Below, one piece after another: positions 8,494-18,097 of a stretch of 64,000 nt of DNA. The notes beneath the pieces are model-generated. The model was not told the DNA's origin. It did not search any database and saw only the letters and a program-made list of their open reading frames with translations. The first letter of the stretch is position 1. Each line of letters starts with the position of its first letter. A program made the translations under genes and the position numbers. The stretch lies in the sequence record NC_041911.1; one strand, 5' to 3'.

Positions 8494-9861
8494 TTAGCCC
8501 TTGAAGCCCAAAACAGCACCACCATTCGAGACACAGATACGCTTACGCGGCTTGCGCAGCGCTTCAGCCAGCGAGACGTCCTTCACCGGTACGGTTTCGA
8601 ACTCAGGCAAGCCATTAGCTGCGCGAGCCGCAATAGCTTCCGTCGGAGTCAACAGACGGCAGTTGACAACGTCGTAGCAACGACCCGGACGCATCAGCGC
8701 CGAATCGATATCGGTAGTCTTCGACAGGTTGGTAGTGAAGATGATCTTGCGGGTATGGTTCGAACCGATGCCGTCCGTTTCATTCAGCAACTCAGGCATG
8801 ATCAAGTTGCCTTGGGAACGCGGTGCCAGCAATTGATCGGCGTCTTCCACCACGATGATCGGCACACGTACTTCTTCCTCTTCTTCATTTTTCTTCTTCT
8901 TCTTCTCAAACAGAGGCTGACCGGCCAAGAACTCCTTGTCTTGGATCAGAGACTCAGTAAACAAGTCGCTGCGGGCCTTGGCCGAAGTACCGGCGACTTT
9001 GGCCATATACTCGTCGCTGCACTTGAACACGAAGTTTACAAAGTCCTTGTCCAGAATGGCATCAGCCTTCTTGGCATAGATCGGCAGCAGATTGAGCGCA
9101 TCAACTGCTGCAGACACTGCCGAACTTTTACCAGTGCCAGGAGGCCCCATCAGGATCAGCACCGTCTCTTCGGATTCGATGAAGTCTTTCAACAGTGCTT
9201 CGACGCCACCGTCCAAGTACGGGTAGTATTCCGGAAGAGCGATGCGTTTGTTGTCGATCTTGCCAGTGACGCATCTCAGGCCGTCGCCACCGCTCATGAT
9301 CGACAACATGCCGTGCGAACCACCCTTGACCACTTCTGCATAGGTGGATTTCTTTTCCACCAGTTCGTCGGTCTTGATGTTCGCTTTGATAACTTCGCGG
9401 AATTCGAGCACCAGATGTTCCACACCGCAGAAATCAATCGCGATATTGGAGGAGTGACTTCCGTCGATATCCAAAAGCATGAGCGGGCGGTTGTAATCAT
9501 CCAGCAGTATGAAAAGACCGCGGCCGAGACGAATGAAACCTTTCTCTTCGACGTACTGGAAGAACCAGGCATCGCTTTCGAAGTAGTGCTCGTTGTTGAG
9601 CAAGTTCTTGGTGCTTCCGGAAGCATGCGGAAGACCATTGGCGACGTTGAAAGCCCGCACCATCCCGCTATCGGTGTTCTTGCTATCCTTGTTTTCGAAG
9701 CCATCGCTGTTCATCCAGGAGAACAGTGCATCACCGAACGATTCGAACTTCGAATCCAGAGTCTTCACGACAGCCGGGCTAGCCGGAAGCAGGTCGGCGA
9801 TATGGTCGAGCGCGGACTTGGAGGTCTTGGTGTCAACAGCGTGCAGGGTCGATTCTTTCAT
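8494..9861 (-). CDS. AAA+ ATPase
   Basis: Walker A GPPGTGKSS, Walker B IIVVEDAD, sensor-I IIFTTN and arginine finger DSALMRPGR. Confidence 0.9.
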   Translation of the reverse strand: MKESTLHAVDTKTSKSALDHIADLLPASPAVVKTLDSKFESFGDALFSWMNSDGFENKDSKNTDSGMVRAFNVANGLPHASGSTKNLLNNEHYFESDAWFFQYVEEKGFIRLGRGLFILLDDYNRPLMLLDIDGSHSSNIAIDFCGVEHLVLEFREVIKANIKTDELVEKKSTYAEVVKGGSHGMLSIMSGGDGLRCVTGKIDNKRIALPEYYPYLDGGVEALLKDFIESEETVLILMGPPGTGKSSAVSAAVDALNLLPIYAKKADAILDKDFVNFVFKCSDEYMAKVAGTSAKARSDLFTESLIQDKEFLAGQPLFEKKKKKNEEEEEVRVPIIVVEDADQLLAPRSQGNLIMPELLNETDGIGSNHTRKIIFTTNLSKTTDIDSALMRPGRCYDVVNCRLLTPTEAIAARAANGLPEFETVPVKDVSLAEALRKPRKRICVSNGGAVLGFKG

Positions 9862-9933
9862 GATGCTTTCCTTTACTAAAGTACAGTGGTGGTGGTGAAA
9901 ATAAGGATATTTATCCTATCATTACTCATGCTG

Positions 9934-9941
9934 GTAATATG
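9934..9941 (-). promoter_or_regulatory. phiKZ-type early-promoter-like motif (CATATTAC)
   Basis: One mismatch to the phiKZ early consensus TATATTAC; AT-rich intergenic location, correctly oriented upstream of the AAA gene. Confidence 0.45.
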
Positions 9942-9962
9942 TTGCTAACGGATTTTTGAAAC

Positions 9963-10001
9963 CAGCATAAAGGCCCGGGTTTCCCCGGGCCGCTTATGAC
10001 G
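9963..10001. terminator. Hairpin terminator flanked by CAGCATA / TTATGACG
   Basis: CAGCATAAAGGCCCGGG-TTTC-CCCGGGCC. Confidence 0.75.
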
Positions 10002-10006
10002 TCGCA

Positions 10007-10432
10007 TTACTTAACCGCACCTTGCTGAATAATGCCATAATCACGCATGTCTTCAACCTGCATGATCTCCCACGACTTCAGGAGACGCACGAGAACCCAC
10101 TCTTCGCCTTTCTTCTCGAACAAGCCATTCTTACACAAGCTTCCATTCAAGTCAGCTGCGTAGTCCGGGTTTTCATGGATGAGGATGAGTCCATTGGGAA
10201 GAATGTTGCGACCCCACTGTTCCCACAACTCTTTCGGCGGAGATGTCGGATGTTTCTGCTCGTACTCCAACCGCATACTGCAAGTGTTGAAATCACAGAG
10301 CATTCCATCGACATGAGCGCAGCTGCCATTCTCTTTGTCCAGATAGACCCGGCAATGTTTCACCGGGTCAGTCGGATCACCGCAGAACAGCTTCTTGAAG
10401 AAGGTCCCGACTGCTTGTAAGCGACTCATCAT
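10007..10432 (-). CDS. Hypothetical protein with Cys-rich N-terminus
   Basis: ATGA overlap with the upstream gene gives start 10432. Confidence 0.55.
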   Translation of the reverse strand: MMSRLQAVGTFFKKLFCGDPTDPVKHCRVYLDKENGSCAHVDGMLCDFNTCSMRLEYEQKHPTSPPKELWEQWGRNILPNGLILIHENPDYAADLNGSLCKNGLFEKKGEEWVLVRLLKSWEIMQVEDMRDYGIIQQGAVK

Positions 10433-10755
10433 GTCACCATCGCATCCAGTTTCTTCAGATGCAGAATGGCCTCTCTGCACTTAGCGTCCAGAGGAGACAG
10501 CTTAGTCGCTGCTTCTTCTGAAAGATCGGACAGATAGGCCCCGTAGGTCAGTTGGACGTCATGATCGATCATGCCAACCAAATCACGAAGCAGCTGGGCG
10601 GTATCACCACTCTTCTCGATCTGATGGAACAAGCCGTCCATGTTTCCCTGCCATTGGTCGGTACTGCAAACCTTTAGCGCTACACCTTCGCAGCAGGCTT
10701 TCGTCGTACGAAAGCCTGCCAGCTCTAGTAGCGCGAACATCTTTTCGCGCATCAT
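10429..10755 (-). CDS. Hypothetical protein
   Basis: 108-aa ORF coupled to the RNA ligase gene. Confidence 0.55.
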   Translation of the reverse strand: MMREKMFALLELAGFRTTKACCEGVALKVCSTDQWQGNMDGLFHQIEKSGDTAQLLRDLVGMIDHDVQLTYGAYLSDLSEEAATKLSPLDAKCREAILHLKKLDAMVT

Positions 10756-10758
10756 GGT

Positions 10759-12051
10759 TTATTTCCCTTTCTTCTCCAGCCACTTGTTGGAGATGACCTT
10801 GACGCTCTGGCCAGTTACGTGGCTCTTGATCACGAGACCTTCACGGATACCGTTCGGATCACCGAAAGCTTTGCCATCGGCCATCTTCAGCAGCTCTTTC
10901 ATGTCTGGTGGCAGCTTCATCCGTTCGGCTTCGAGCGGAATGTACTGCAGACCCAGCGCTTCGGTTACCAGCTTGGTCTGTTCCGGCAGCAGCCGGCGAT
11001 TGCCGTTGGCATATGCGCGGTAGACATAGAACTGGTTGTGCTTAAGACGCTCGGCATTGCCGTTGAAGTCCGGCCCTACCATCTCGCCCTGGATGGCCAA
11101 CACAGCGCCATTCATGAAGTCGAAGGTATTCGCGCGGTTGAACGATGCGAGCTTAGTGTCGATCGCATTGCGCTTGAAGAAGGCCACCAACGGCACGGAC
11201 TGAGCGATATAGCCGCGCTTCCACTGGGGAACAGCGCAACGACCACCAGCCAGTTTACGAGCGATATAGCGCACCCAATCAGCAGCGTAAACGCGCCACG
11301 ATTCCTTACGAGTGTACGGAACGTCATCGGTACGCAGCGACCAGTTGCGTTGGGCAACACCGATAGCACCGGTATCCAGATCGGTGTAGAAGGTAGCCGA
11401 TTCGCCATCGAGTTTGAACGAGGCTTCAACGTCTTGGTCTTCTGCCACCATTTGGTTGTAGAGCGCGCTTTGGTTCTGCACACGTTCTTCATCGGACTTG
11501 ACGTGTCCTGCCGGCCAAGCCTGCAGTCCGTCTGCGACGATACCTTTCTTCAACCAGGCGCACAGCTTCCAGATCAGCTTGCGGGTAGTGCTTGCATCGG
11601 CAGGCGCCGACTCGCTTTCCAGCTGATACAGTTTGGCTTCTTGCGGTGACACGTACTTCAGCACGTCGATCATGTTGGTCACGTTCAAGCCAACATCGCT
11701 CTTGTTCGGGATCGTCGCCGGGATATAACTTGCCGGCAGCAGCAGACCCTGAGACAGCTGACCGCGCAGGCGCACAGTCTTAACCACTGTCCAATCCTTG
11801 CCAGTTGCTTCATCCTTGGTGACCTTCAGGTACTGCTTGTCGAAGCTAGCCAGCACCGGGTTGTCCAGCGCAATAGCTGCATCGATTTCGAGGTACAGAC
11901 CGATGTCGCCTTTGGCAAACGAGCCCTTAGCGATCACGCATTCCCAGCCTTCGACCACCGCAACTTCCAGACGATCGGCCTTGGGAATAGGTCGGACGTC
12001 ATCGACCCGCACGATACGAGCCAGCTTTCGTGTTTCTTCTTTGACTAACAT
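10759..12051 (-). CDS. ATP-dependent RNA ligase, DRB0094/Rnl2-like family
   Basis: N-terminal LARIVRVDDVRPIPKADRLEVAVVEGW module; motif I FKLDGES; QGEMVG; motif IV EGLVIKS; motif V KVISNKWL. Confidence 0.88.
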   Translation of the reverse strand: MLVKEETRKLARIVRVDDVRPIPKADRLEVAVVEGWECVIAKGSFAKGDIGLYLEIDAAIALDNPVLASFDKQYLKVTKDEATGKDWTVVKTVRLRGQLSQGLLLPASYIPATIPNKSDVGLNVTNMIDVLKYVSPQEAKLYQLESESAPADASTTRKLIWKLCAWLKKGIVADGLQAWPAGHVKSDEERVQNQSALYNQMVAEDQDVEASFKLDGESATFYTDLDTGAIGVAQRNWSLRTDDVPYTRKESWRVYAADWVRYIARKLAGGRCAVPQWKRGYIAQSVPLVAFFKRNAIDTKLASFNRANTFDFMNGAVLAIQGEMVGPDFNGNAERLKHNQFYVYRAYANGNRRLLPEQTKLVTEALGLQYIPLEAERMKLPPDMKELLKMADGKAFGDPNGIREGLVIKSHVTGQSVKVISNKWLEKKGK

Positions 12052-12056
12052 GGTTC

Positions 12057-13187
12057 TTATTGTTCCTGTTCGACGCCAGCTGCTGCGTGTTGTTTTTCGG
12101 CGCTGTTCTCAGCTGCAGTACGGCTGATGGGAGTTTCGGGTTTTACCAAGCCCGGCGCGTAGGCTACCGGGAACATGCGCTTGATCCAGTCAGCTTCGAA
12201 GATTTCGTTCTGACCGTTAATGCGTACGTCCACGTTAGTGAAGTGTGCTCTCTTGGCGCGATCAATCAACCGGTCTACCGATGCCTGCATCAGATCGTTG
12301 ATCGCCGAACGCGGCAGGAACCAACCACCTTCTTTATCCTTCGGAATAACGGACAGCAGGCCGTCTTTGCCGGTTACCAACAAATCATCGCTACTGAAGC
12401 GCAACGTCTCGTTACCTTGAGCGATCAAGTACAGGTTATCGTTTTCATGCGTGACGGGTCGGCCTTTGTACTGGAATGACCACGGCATGTCATTGACGAT
12501 ATTGGCGCCATGGCTCTTACCGTATTCCACGAAATCGTCGAAGGTGATGGCTTCCGTCTTGCGAACGTACTCCACGTAGGTCTCGCCGATCTTCAGCGTG
12601 ACTTCACCATACAGGCCATCGGGAGCAGCGCCGCCAGAAACCATCTGCAGACTGATGTCGTCGTTGCAGTAGCAGGAGTTCGCCGGCTTGGACAGACCGG
12701 TGAATGCGCGCGGCATTGCTCGGCGGTTATCATTGACCGGACAGAGAACGTGAATGATCGAGAACTCGGGATGGAACCACTCCGGATGAGTGGCGTAGAC
12801 TTCTTCCACTGCTCCGTAGTAGTTGAAGCTGTGAGCTGTGAAATCGCTCTCGATCACCAGCGTCTTGACATCCTTGAGCTTTTCCGGCACGAGTTCATGC
12901 AGTTCCAGCGACTTTTCAGCCGGTACTTCTACCTGCCGCGTCTTACCGTGCGAACCGATCACCCAACCACCCATCAGACGGGCACCGCTGTGCTTCTTGA
13001 CGATGTGCATGACGGCGTCGGTTTTACCGGACTGTCGCGGGCCACCGATGGTCAGCACGCGGAACTCGCGCAACTGTGACAGCGGATCTTTGATGAGGCT
13101 TTGTTCAATCTGCTCGATACGCCTCGGAGCGTTTCTCAGGAAGACCCAGATCAGATCATCCCACGGCATTTTGCTCTTGTCGTTCAT
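12057..13187 (-). CDS. Modular hypothetical protein with an N-terminal P-loop-like motif
   Basis: LTIGGPRQSGKT near the N-terminus; C-terminal half looks like fused small phage domains. Confidence 0.55.
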   Translation of the reverse strand: MNDKSKMPWDDLIWVFLRNAPRRIEQIEQSLIKDPLSQLREFRVLTIGGPRQSGKTDAVMHIVKKHSGARLMGGWVIGSHGKTRQVEVPAEKSLELHELVPEKLKDVKTLVIESDFTAHSFNYYGAVEEVYATHPEWFHPEFSIIHVLCPVNDNRRAMPRAFTGLSKPANSCYCNDDISLQMVSGGAAPDGLYGEVTLKIGETYVEYVRKTEAITFDDFVEYGKSHGANIVNDMPWSFQYKGRPVTHENDNLYLIAQGNETLRFSSDDLLVTGKDGLLSVIPKDKEGGWFLPRSAINDLMQASVDRLIDRAKRAHFTNVDVRINGQNEIFEADWIKRMFPVAYAPGLVKPETPISRTAAENSAEKQHAAAGVEQEQ

Positions 13188-13237
13188 TATTGCTCTCGTT
13201 TGATGACGGGAGAGGCCGCAGCCCCTCCCTAGTTCGA

Positions 13238-15004
13238 TTACGCGGCCAGCAGGGTGGCGGTGATGTCTTTCAGCTTGACTTCATTGGTGAACACGCTGTT
13301 GCTGTACACCAGACGCAGTTCGCCGGAGTGAGTCGGGATATCGCTGATACCGAACTCTTGCTCTTGCTGGAGCACGAAGTTCTTGGCCTCGTCCTTGACC
13401 ACACGCAGGAAGCCCTTGGCCGACTTCTTCAGGGTATCACGCTCAGTCTTCGGCGCCTTGAACAGTTCGATCAGGTCGTCTTCGACTTGGACAGCAGTGG
13501 CCTTCACGGCGAAGCCCAGGGTGTCGCGGGTGTTGTGTTGGTAGGTGTAGGAACCGATACCGAACACAGCGTTGCACGAAGCGAAACCCATCACGTACAG
13601 CCGGCGCAGGATCTCGTCGGCGCGTTCCACGGTAATCGAGTCACCGTAGATCAGACCAACGCGCTCATGCAACACCTTGAAGCCCAGAGCAGTTTCGGTG
13701 CCGCCGAAGGTTTCCCACAGGCATTGCACCGCACCCTTCATTTCCGGAGTCGGGTTCTCGATCTCGGTGAAGGTTTCGTCGCCTTCCAGATGCACAGTGT
13801 AGTAACGGCCCTTGCAGCGAACCACCAGCGGATCGAAATTACGAGCATCCAGGCGTGCATTGATCGCTTGGGACAGCTCTTTGCTCCACTCCAGTTCGGC
13901 GATCGGATAAGCCGTGCCGCAGAGGATCTCGACCGGGTTACCGGAGTCCGGGCGGAACACGGTCTTGGCCATGCCCATTTCGTCCGGAGTACGATTGATG
14001 ATCACGTCCTTCAGATTCGGGGCGACTTCGGTGATGACCTTCCAGAAGTCGAACGAGTCCGACACCAGCGACACGATACCCGTCGGATGCTTCACGGTCA
14101 GCACTTCGCGGATGAATTCTTCTTCACCCTTGGAGCGCAGGTCATCCATCACCGGCTGGGTGATCTCGCTGATCTGGTCGGAGATCTTCTTCACGAGGCG
14201 GCTGACGTTGAACAGGATGTTCGAAGTTGCCACGGCGTGTTCGGTAGCCACCACCGAGCAGGCCACGAATTCTTCTTCAACGTTGGCGCCGTACATGTCT
14301 TCGACGTAGTCGATGGCCGGCAGGGTGTCAGTGCCCTTGAACACGACCAAGTGGCCGGAACCAACACGCGCAGCATCTTCCGGGCCGGACAGACCGCGGA
14401 AGGCGAAGTCATGACCCTGGATGTCGACGAACGAACGATCCACGCCGGTCATGTCGGCCCAGTATTCGAAGGTACGACGGTATTCGTAGGCAATCGTGGC
14501 GTTGGTGGACATCTTCCAGATCAGCGATGACATGATCGTTTCGAGGTAGTTCACCAGCCAGAAGAAGTCCGGGTGAGTGTTGTACGCTACGTACACCGGC
14601 ACGTTCATGTTGACGCGGGAACCTTCCGGCAGCGCCAGCACGTTGATTGGCAGGTATTGCAGATCGTGCAGTGCTTCGAAACACTTGACGTCGACGCGGT
14701 TGTCGCCGAGGTAATGCTTCATGCGGCGTGCGTAGCGCTTGCACACGGCGTCTTTCGGTTTGTCGAAGAACGAGCGTTTCCACAGGCCGTTGATCTCGCG
14801 CAGCGAGCCTTGTACGCCGAACAGGACGAACTTGTGGTCCCAGAAGCGCGACTTCGACTTGTTGTCCAGGAACAGTTTGTCGGAACGGAACGTACCGTTG
14901 CTGTAGGTGAAGTTGGTGCCATTCGGGTAGAGCGGGCGGTGACCAACCTTGTAACCGTCGGTAGCAGTCGGAGCGAAGAGGTCGAACGAAGTATCTTGCA
15001 TCAT
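13238..15004 (-). CDS. Nicotinamide phosphoribosyltransferase (NAMPT/NadV)-family protein; likely Namat of NARP1
   Basis: TDGYKVGH, HDFAFRG, GTDT, ATEHAV, SLVSDSFD, RPDSG, LIYGDSIT, GIGSYTY, RDTLGFAVKAT, K.PKT...KKSAKG. Confidence 0.93.
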   Translation of the reverse strand: MMQDTSFDLFAPTATDGYKVGHRPLYPNGTNFTYSNGTFRSDKLFLDNKSKSRFWDHKFVLFGVQGSLREINGLWKRSFFDKPKDAVCKRYARRMKHYLGDNRVDVKCFEALHDLQYLPINVLALPEGSRVNMNVPVYVAYNTHPDFFWLVNYLETIMSSLIWKMSTNATIAYEYRRTFEYWADMTGVDRSFVDIQGHDFAFRGLSGPEDAARVGSGHLVVFKGTDTLPAIDYVEDMYGANVEEEFVACSVVATEHAVATSNILFNVSRLVKKISDQISEITQPVMDDLRSKGEEEFIREVLTVKHPTGIVSLVSDSFDFWKVITEVAPNLKDVIINRTPDEMGMAKTVFRPDSGNPVEILCGTAYPIAELEWSKELSQAINARLDARNFDPLVVRCKGRYYTVHLEGDETFTEIENPTPEMKGAVQCLWETFGGTETALGFKVLHERVGLIYGDSITVERADEILRRLYVMGFASCNAVFGIGSYTYQHNTRDTLGFAVKATAVQVEDDLIELFKAPKTERDTLKKSAKGFLRVVKDEAKNFVLQQEQEFGISDIPTHSGELRLVYSNSVFTNEVKLKDITATLLAA

Positions 15005-15042
15005 GATGGTGAATTCTTTCTTGCTTGTTGATGGTGGAGCGG

Positions 15043-15957
15043 TTAAAGGGTGAACCAGTGGAAACGCGGCTGACCGTTTTCAGCAGTATGTCGCTCGGTC
15101 TCAACACGGATGGAGCTTTCCGGATCGGGGTGGAACGAATTGGTGGTGTAGATGCGGCCGAAGATCTTGAGCAGTGCATCGATGCCATACGAGAAGATCC
15201 CGTGCGTCACGAACAGACTCAATTCAGCGCAACCACGCTCCAGCAGGATTTCGCCCAGCTGGATGAAGGTACGGCCACCGTCGCAGATGTCATCGACAAT
15301 GATCAGGTTTTTACCTGCTACGTCGGCATCCAGGCGGGTCTCCGTCACTTCCAGCGTTTCGACATCGCGAATCTTGGTTGCGGTGATGAAGCCCTTCACG
15401 AGGCCGAGTGCCTTCAGATGGTCGGCCAGCTTCTTCACTTTCTTCACAGCGCCGGCATCGGGTGCGACCAGCCACAGGTTGTCGGTATTGAGACCGAGCA
15501 GTCGCTTCGAAACCACTTCGTGCAGCATCTTTTCCTGATTAGTGACGCGACTTCGCTCGATAGCGGCAGCGGAAACGTCGCTGTGCGGATCGAGCAGTTC
15601 GACGCTGGCCAAGTTCTGCGTGTTCAGCAGCTTGGCGAATGTGCTGATCGAAAGTGCTTCGCCGGGGTTACAGACACGGTCTTGACGAGCGTACGGCAGA
15701 TACGGAATGATAGCGCGAATCTCGACACCAGGCTCGATGCGACGGGAAGCATCGCAGGTCAGGAAGAACGCCATGACCGTGTCCGAGTTGGAGATGTGCG
15801 CGATCACGTCGATCTTTTTCTGCTGGTCACTGTCTTGTTCGAGGTACTTGATCACGTCCTCGGTCAGGCGGACGTTGACTTCGCCTCCTTTGAAAACGCT
15901 GACATTGACTTCTTCGTAACGGTATTGACCGTCGTAGGTAAAGCCGATCTGAATCAT
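15043..15957 (-). CDS. Ribose-phosphate pyrophosphokinase (Prs)-family protein; likely Adps of NARP1
   Basis: FKGGE, IPYLPYARQDR, DPHS, VAPDAGA, PRPP-binding loop LIIVDDICDGGRTF, FVTHGIFS; adjacent to the NAMPT-like gene. Confidence 0.92.
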   Translation of the reverse strand: MIQIGFTYDGQYRYEEVNVSVFKGGEVNVRLTEDVIKYLEQDSDQQKKIDVIAHISNSDTVMAFFLTCDASRRIEPGVEIRAIIPYLPYARQDRVCNPGEALSISTFAKLLNTQNLASVELLDPHSDVSAAAIERSRVTNQEKMLHEVVSKRLLGLNTDNLWLVAPDAGAVKKVKKLADHLKALGLVKGFITATKIRDVETLEVTETRLDADVAGKNLIIVDDICDGGRTFIQLGEILLERGCAELSLFVTHGIFSYGIDALLKIFGRIYTTNSFHPDPESSIRVETERHTAENGQPRFHWFTL

Positions 15958-15962
15958 GTTCC

Positions 15963-17231
15963 TTAACCTTTTACGCAGAGGATCTGCTTGAGGGTGTGTT
16001 CGATGTCGACCAGCTCTTCTTGAGCCGACATCACGTCGTCGATGTTCTTGTACGCTTTCGGCGTTTCATCGATCACTTCCGAGTCCTTGCGGCATTCAAC
16101 ACCAGCAGTATCGCGGATATGATCTTCGAGCGTGAACAGCTTCTTCGCTTGGTTACGCGACATCACGCGTCCAGCGCCGTGAGAGCACGAGCAGAACGAC
16201 TCACGGTTGCCCTTTCCGCGTACGATAAACGACTTTGCACCCATCGACCCAGGAATGATACCCAGCGTGTCGAGAGAAGCGTTTACGGCCCCTTTACGGG
16301 TCACCAGCACGTTCTGGCCGAAGTGACGTTCGGTCGAAACGTAGTTGTGGTGGCAGTTAATCGCTTCCAGATCCGAGTCGATCGGCAAGCCGAGTGTCTG
16401 GTGGATTGCGTTCAGCGTTGCATGCATCATCACCGTACGGTTCAGGGCAGCGAAGCGTTGCGCCCACGACACGGCTTGGATGTAGTCGTCGTAGTAGAGC
16501 GAACCATGCGGCAAATACGCGAGGTCTTGATCCGGCAGGTGAATGAAGAAGCGCGCCATCTCTTCTTTCGCCTTGTCGATGAAATACGAGCCGATGGCAT
16601 TGCCGATACCACGCGAACCCGAGTGCAGCATCACCCAGACACGGTCGGATTCATCCAGACAGATCTCGATGAAGTGGTTGCCAGTGCCGAGCGTGCCGAT
16701 GTGGTTCCAAGCACGTTGTGCTGCCCTAGCGAGCTTCGGGTGCTTGTGGATGATCGCGTTCAGTTGGACGCGCAGCGCATCAGCCTCTTCACGTACTGCC
16801 TGCACTGGGTGATCGAAGATCTTCACCACACCCCACGCACCTTTGTCACGGGAACCGCCGTTGTCAGTACGGCCGTGCGGTACTGCGCGCTCGATAGCAT
16901 CGCGCAGATGGCTCAGAGACTCCGGCAAAGCATCGGAAGAGAAGCGCAGGCGTTGTGCCGACATCCCGCAACCCAGATCCACACCTACAGCTGCCGGAAC
17001 CACCGCACCCTTAGTAGCGATCACCGAACCTACGGTAGCGCCAATACCGAGATGTACGTCTGGCATCACTGCAACGTGCGAATGGATGAACGGCAACGAA
17101 GCAATGTTCTTCAGCTGCTTGACAGCATCTGCCTCGACAGGCACACCAACTGTCCAGCCCTTGATCGGTTTGGAACCAGCTTCCGGTTCACCACCGATTA
17201 ATTCAAACGTTTTCTGTACTTGTTCTTGCAT
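15963..17231 (-). CDS. rtcB: RtcB RNA 2',3'-cyclic phosphate/5'-OH ligase
   Basis: MPDVH.G.G..VG, VGVDLGCG, GTLGTGNHFIE, HSGSRG, HHNY, RKGA, PGSMG, SHGAGR, DETPKAYK. Confidence 0.96.
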   Translation of the reverse strand: MQEQVQKTFELIGGEPEAGSKPIKGWTVGVPVEADAVKQLKNIASLPFIHSHVAVMPDVHLGIGATVGSVIATKGAVVPAAVGVDLGCGMSAQRLRFSSDALPESLSHLRDAIERAVPHGRTDNGGSRDKGAWGVVKIFDHPVQAVREEADALRVQLNAIIHKHPKLARAAQRAWNHIGTLGTGNHFIEICLDESDRVWVMLHSGSRGIGNAIGSYFIDKAKEEMARFFIHLPDQDLAYLPHGSLYYDDYIQAVSWAQRFAALNRTVMMHATLNAIHQTLGLPIDSDLEAINCHHNYVSTERHFGQNVLVTRKGAVNASLDTLGIIPGSMGAKSFIVRGKGNRESFCSCSHGAGRVMSRNQAKKLFTLEDHIRDTAGVECRKDSEVIDETPKAYKNIDDVMSAQEELVDIEHTLKQILCVKG

Positions 17232-17311
17232 TTTATCTCACGCTTACGGAAAGAGATTAAAAAAAGAGAGGGGCCTGAGGGGAACAGGACACCCTCTAAC
17301 AGGGGGGGTAT

Positions 17312-18001
17312 TTAGGCGTACATGCGGCGGTTGTAGTTGATGCGACCAGCCAGGATGTCATAGCCAGCAGGCTTATGGCCCAGCAACGGCTGATTGCGAA
17401 TACACCACACCGACTGGCGAGTAATGCGAAGCTCTTTGCCGGGTTCCTTGTTATCGTTCAGGAAGATAGTTCCGGTTTCGAGATGCATGCTGCCACTGAG
17501 ATCCACTTCGAATTCCAGCTCCTGCGGACCTTCCTCAGTTTCGAGGACGAGCGCGAAAGGAACAGTACCTCGGATCAGCAGAATGCCTTCATCAATGCGA
17601 CGCTCGGCGCCGGCAGCCGGACGACCGCGCTGATGGCCCTTTGTACGCTCCGGCTTCTGGAAAGCTACCTTATCCGCAGACGCTACTCGCGGAACTGCAC
17701 GAAGTACCGGGTGTCCCGGACGCGTCAGATAAAGCGCAGACAGGTAAACATCCGGCGCGATACTGTCAGTCTGATCGATCACGCCTTGTTCGAGCAGGTC
17801 TTTCCGCTCCGAGACCTCCAAGAGCGAAATTTGAGCGCCGAGCGTCAGCACGCCGATGTCACCAGTCACTTCTTCAGGCTCGCGATAGAACTTCACCGAT
17901 TGCGCGGTGCTATACGGTTCGCCATTGACGTGCATGAAGAACTTCTTGTTGTTTCCTTCGATCCACGGAATCAGCGGGGTCGTGTGGTAATGATGTTGCA
18001 T
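17312..18001 (-). CDS. Hypothetical protein
   Basis: 229-aa ORF bounded by hairpins. Confidence 0.6.
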   Translation of the reverse strand: MQHHYHTTPLIPWIEGNNKKFFMHVNGEPYSTAQSVKFYREPEEVTGDIGVLTLGAQISLLEVSERKDLLEQGVIDQTDSIAPDVYLSALYLTRPGHPVLRAVPRVASADKVAFQKPERTKGHQRGRPAAGAERRIDEGILLIRGTVPFALVLETEEGPQELEFEVDLSGSMHLETGTIFLNDNKEPGKELRITRQSVWCIRNQPLLGHKPAGYDILAGRINYNRRMYA

Positions 18002-18097
18002 TTTCTTCTTTCTAAAAGAGTTAGAGGATGAGGTTTTTCGAGTTGTTGTTATCTCAGGGGCCTCTAACCCCTTCCCGATTGGGGAGCGTTTTACGGC

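Noticed and set aside
8875-8910. Purine run encoding KKKKKNEEEEE in the AAA gene as a frameshift or phase-variation site
   Set aside because: The frame stays open with all AAA motifs in one frame; no long homopolymer or slippery heptamer with a downstream structure.
7597-9879. Long plus-strand ORFs opposite real genes (also 13190-14530, 32365-33630, 34728-36518, 36544-38091, 39635-41332, 41455-44088, 57298-58950; minus 45510-46802, 46929-48455)
   Set aside because: Stop-free antisense frames expected from strong codon bias; the opposite strand carries the recognisable motifs and RBSs.
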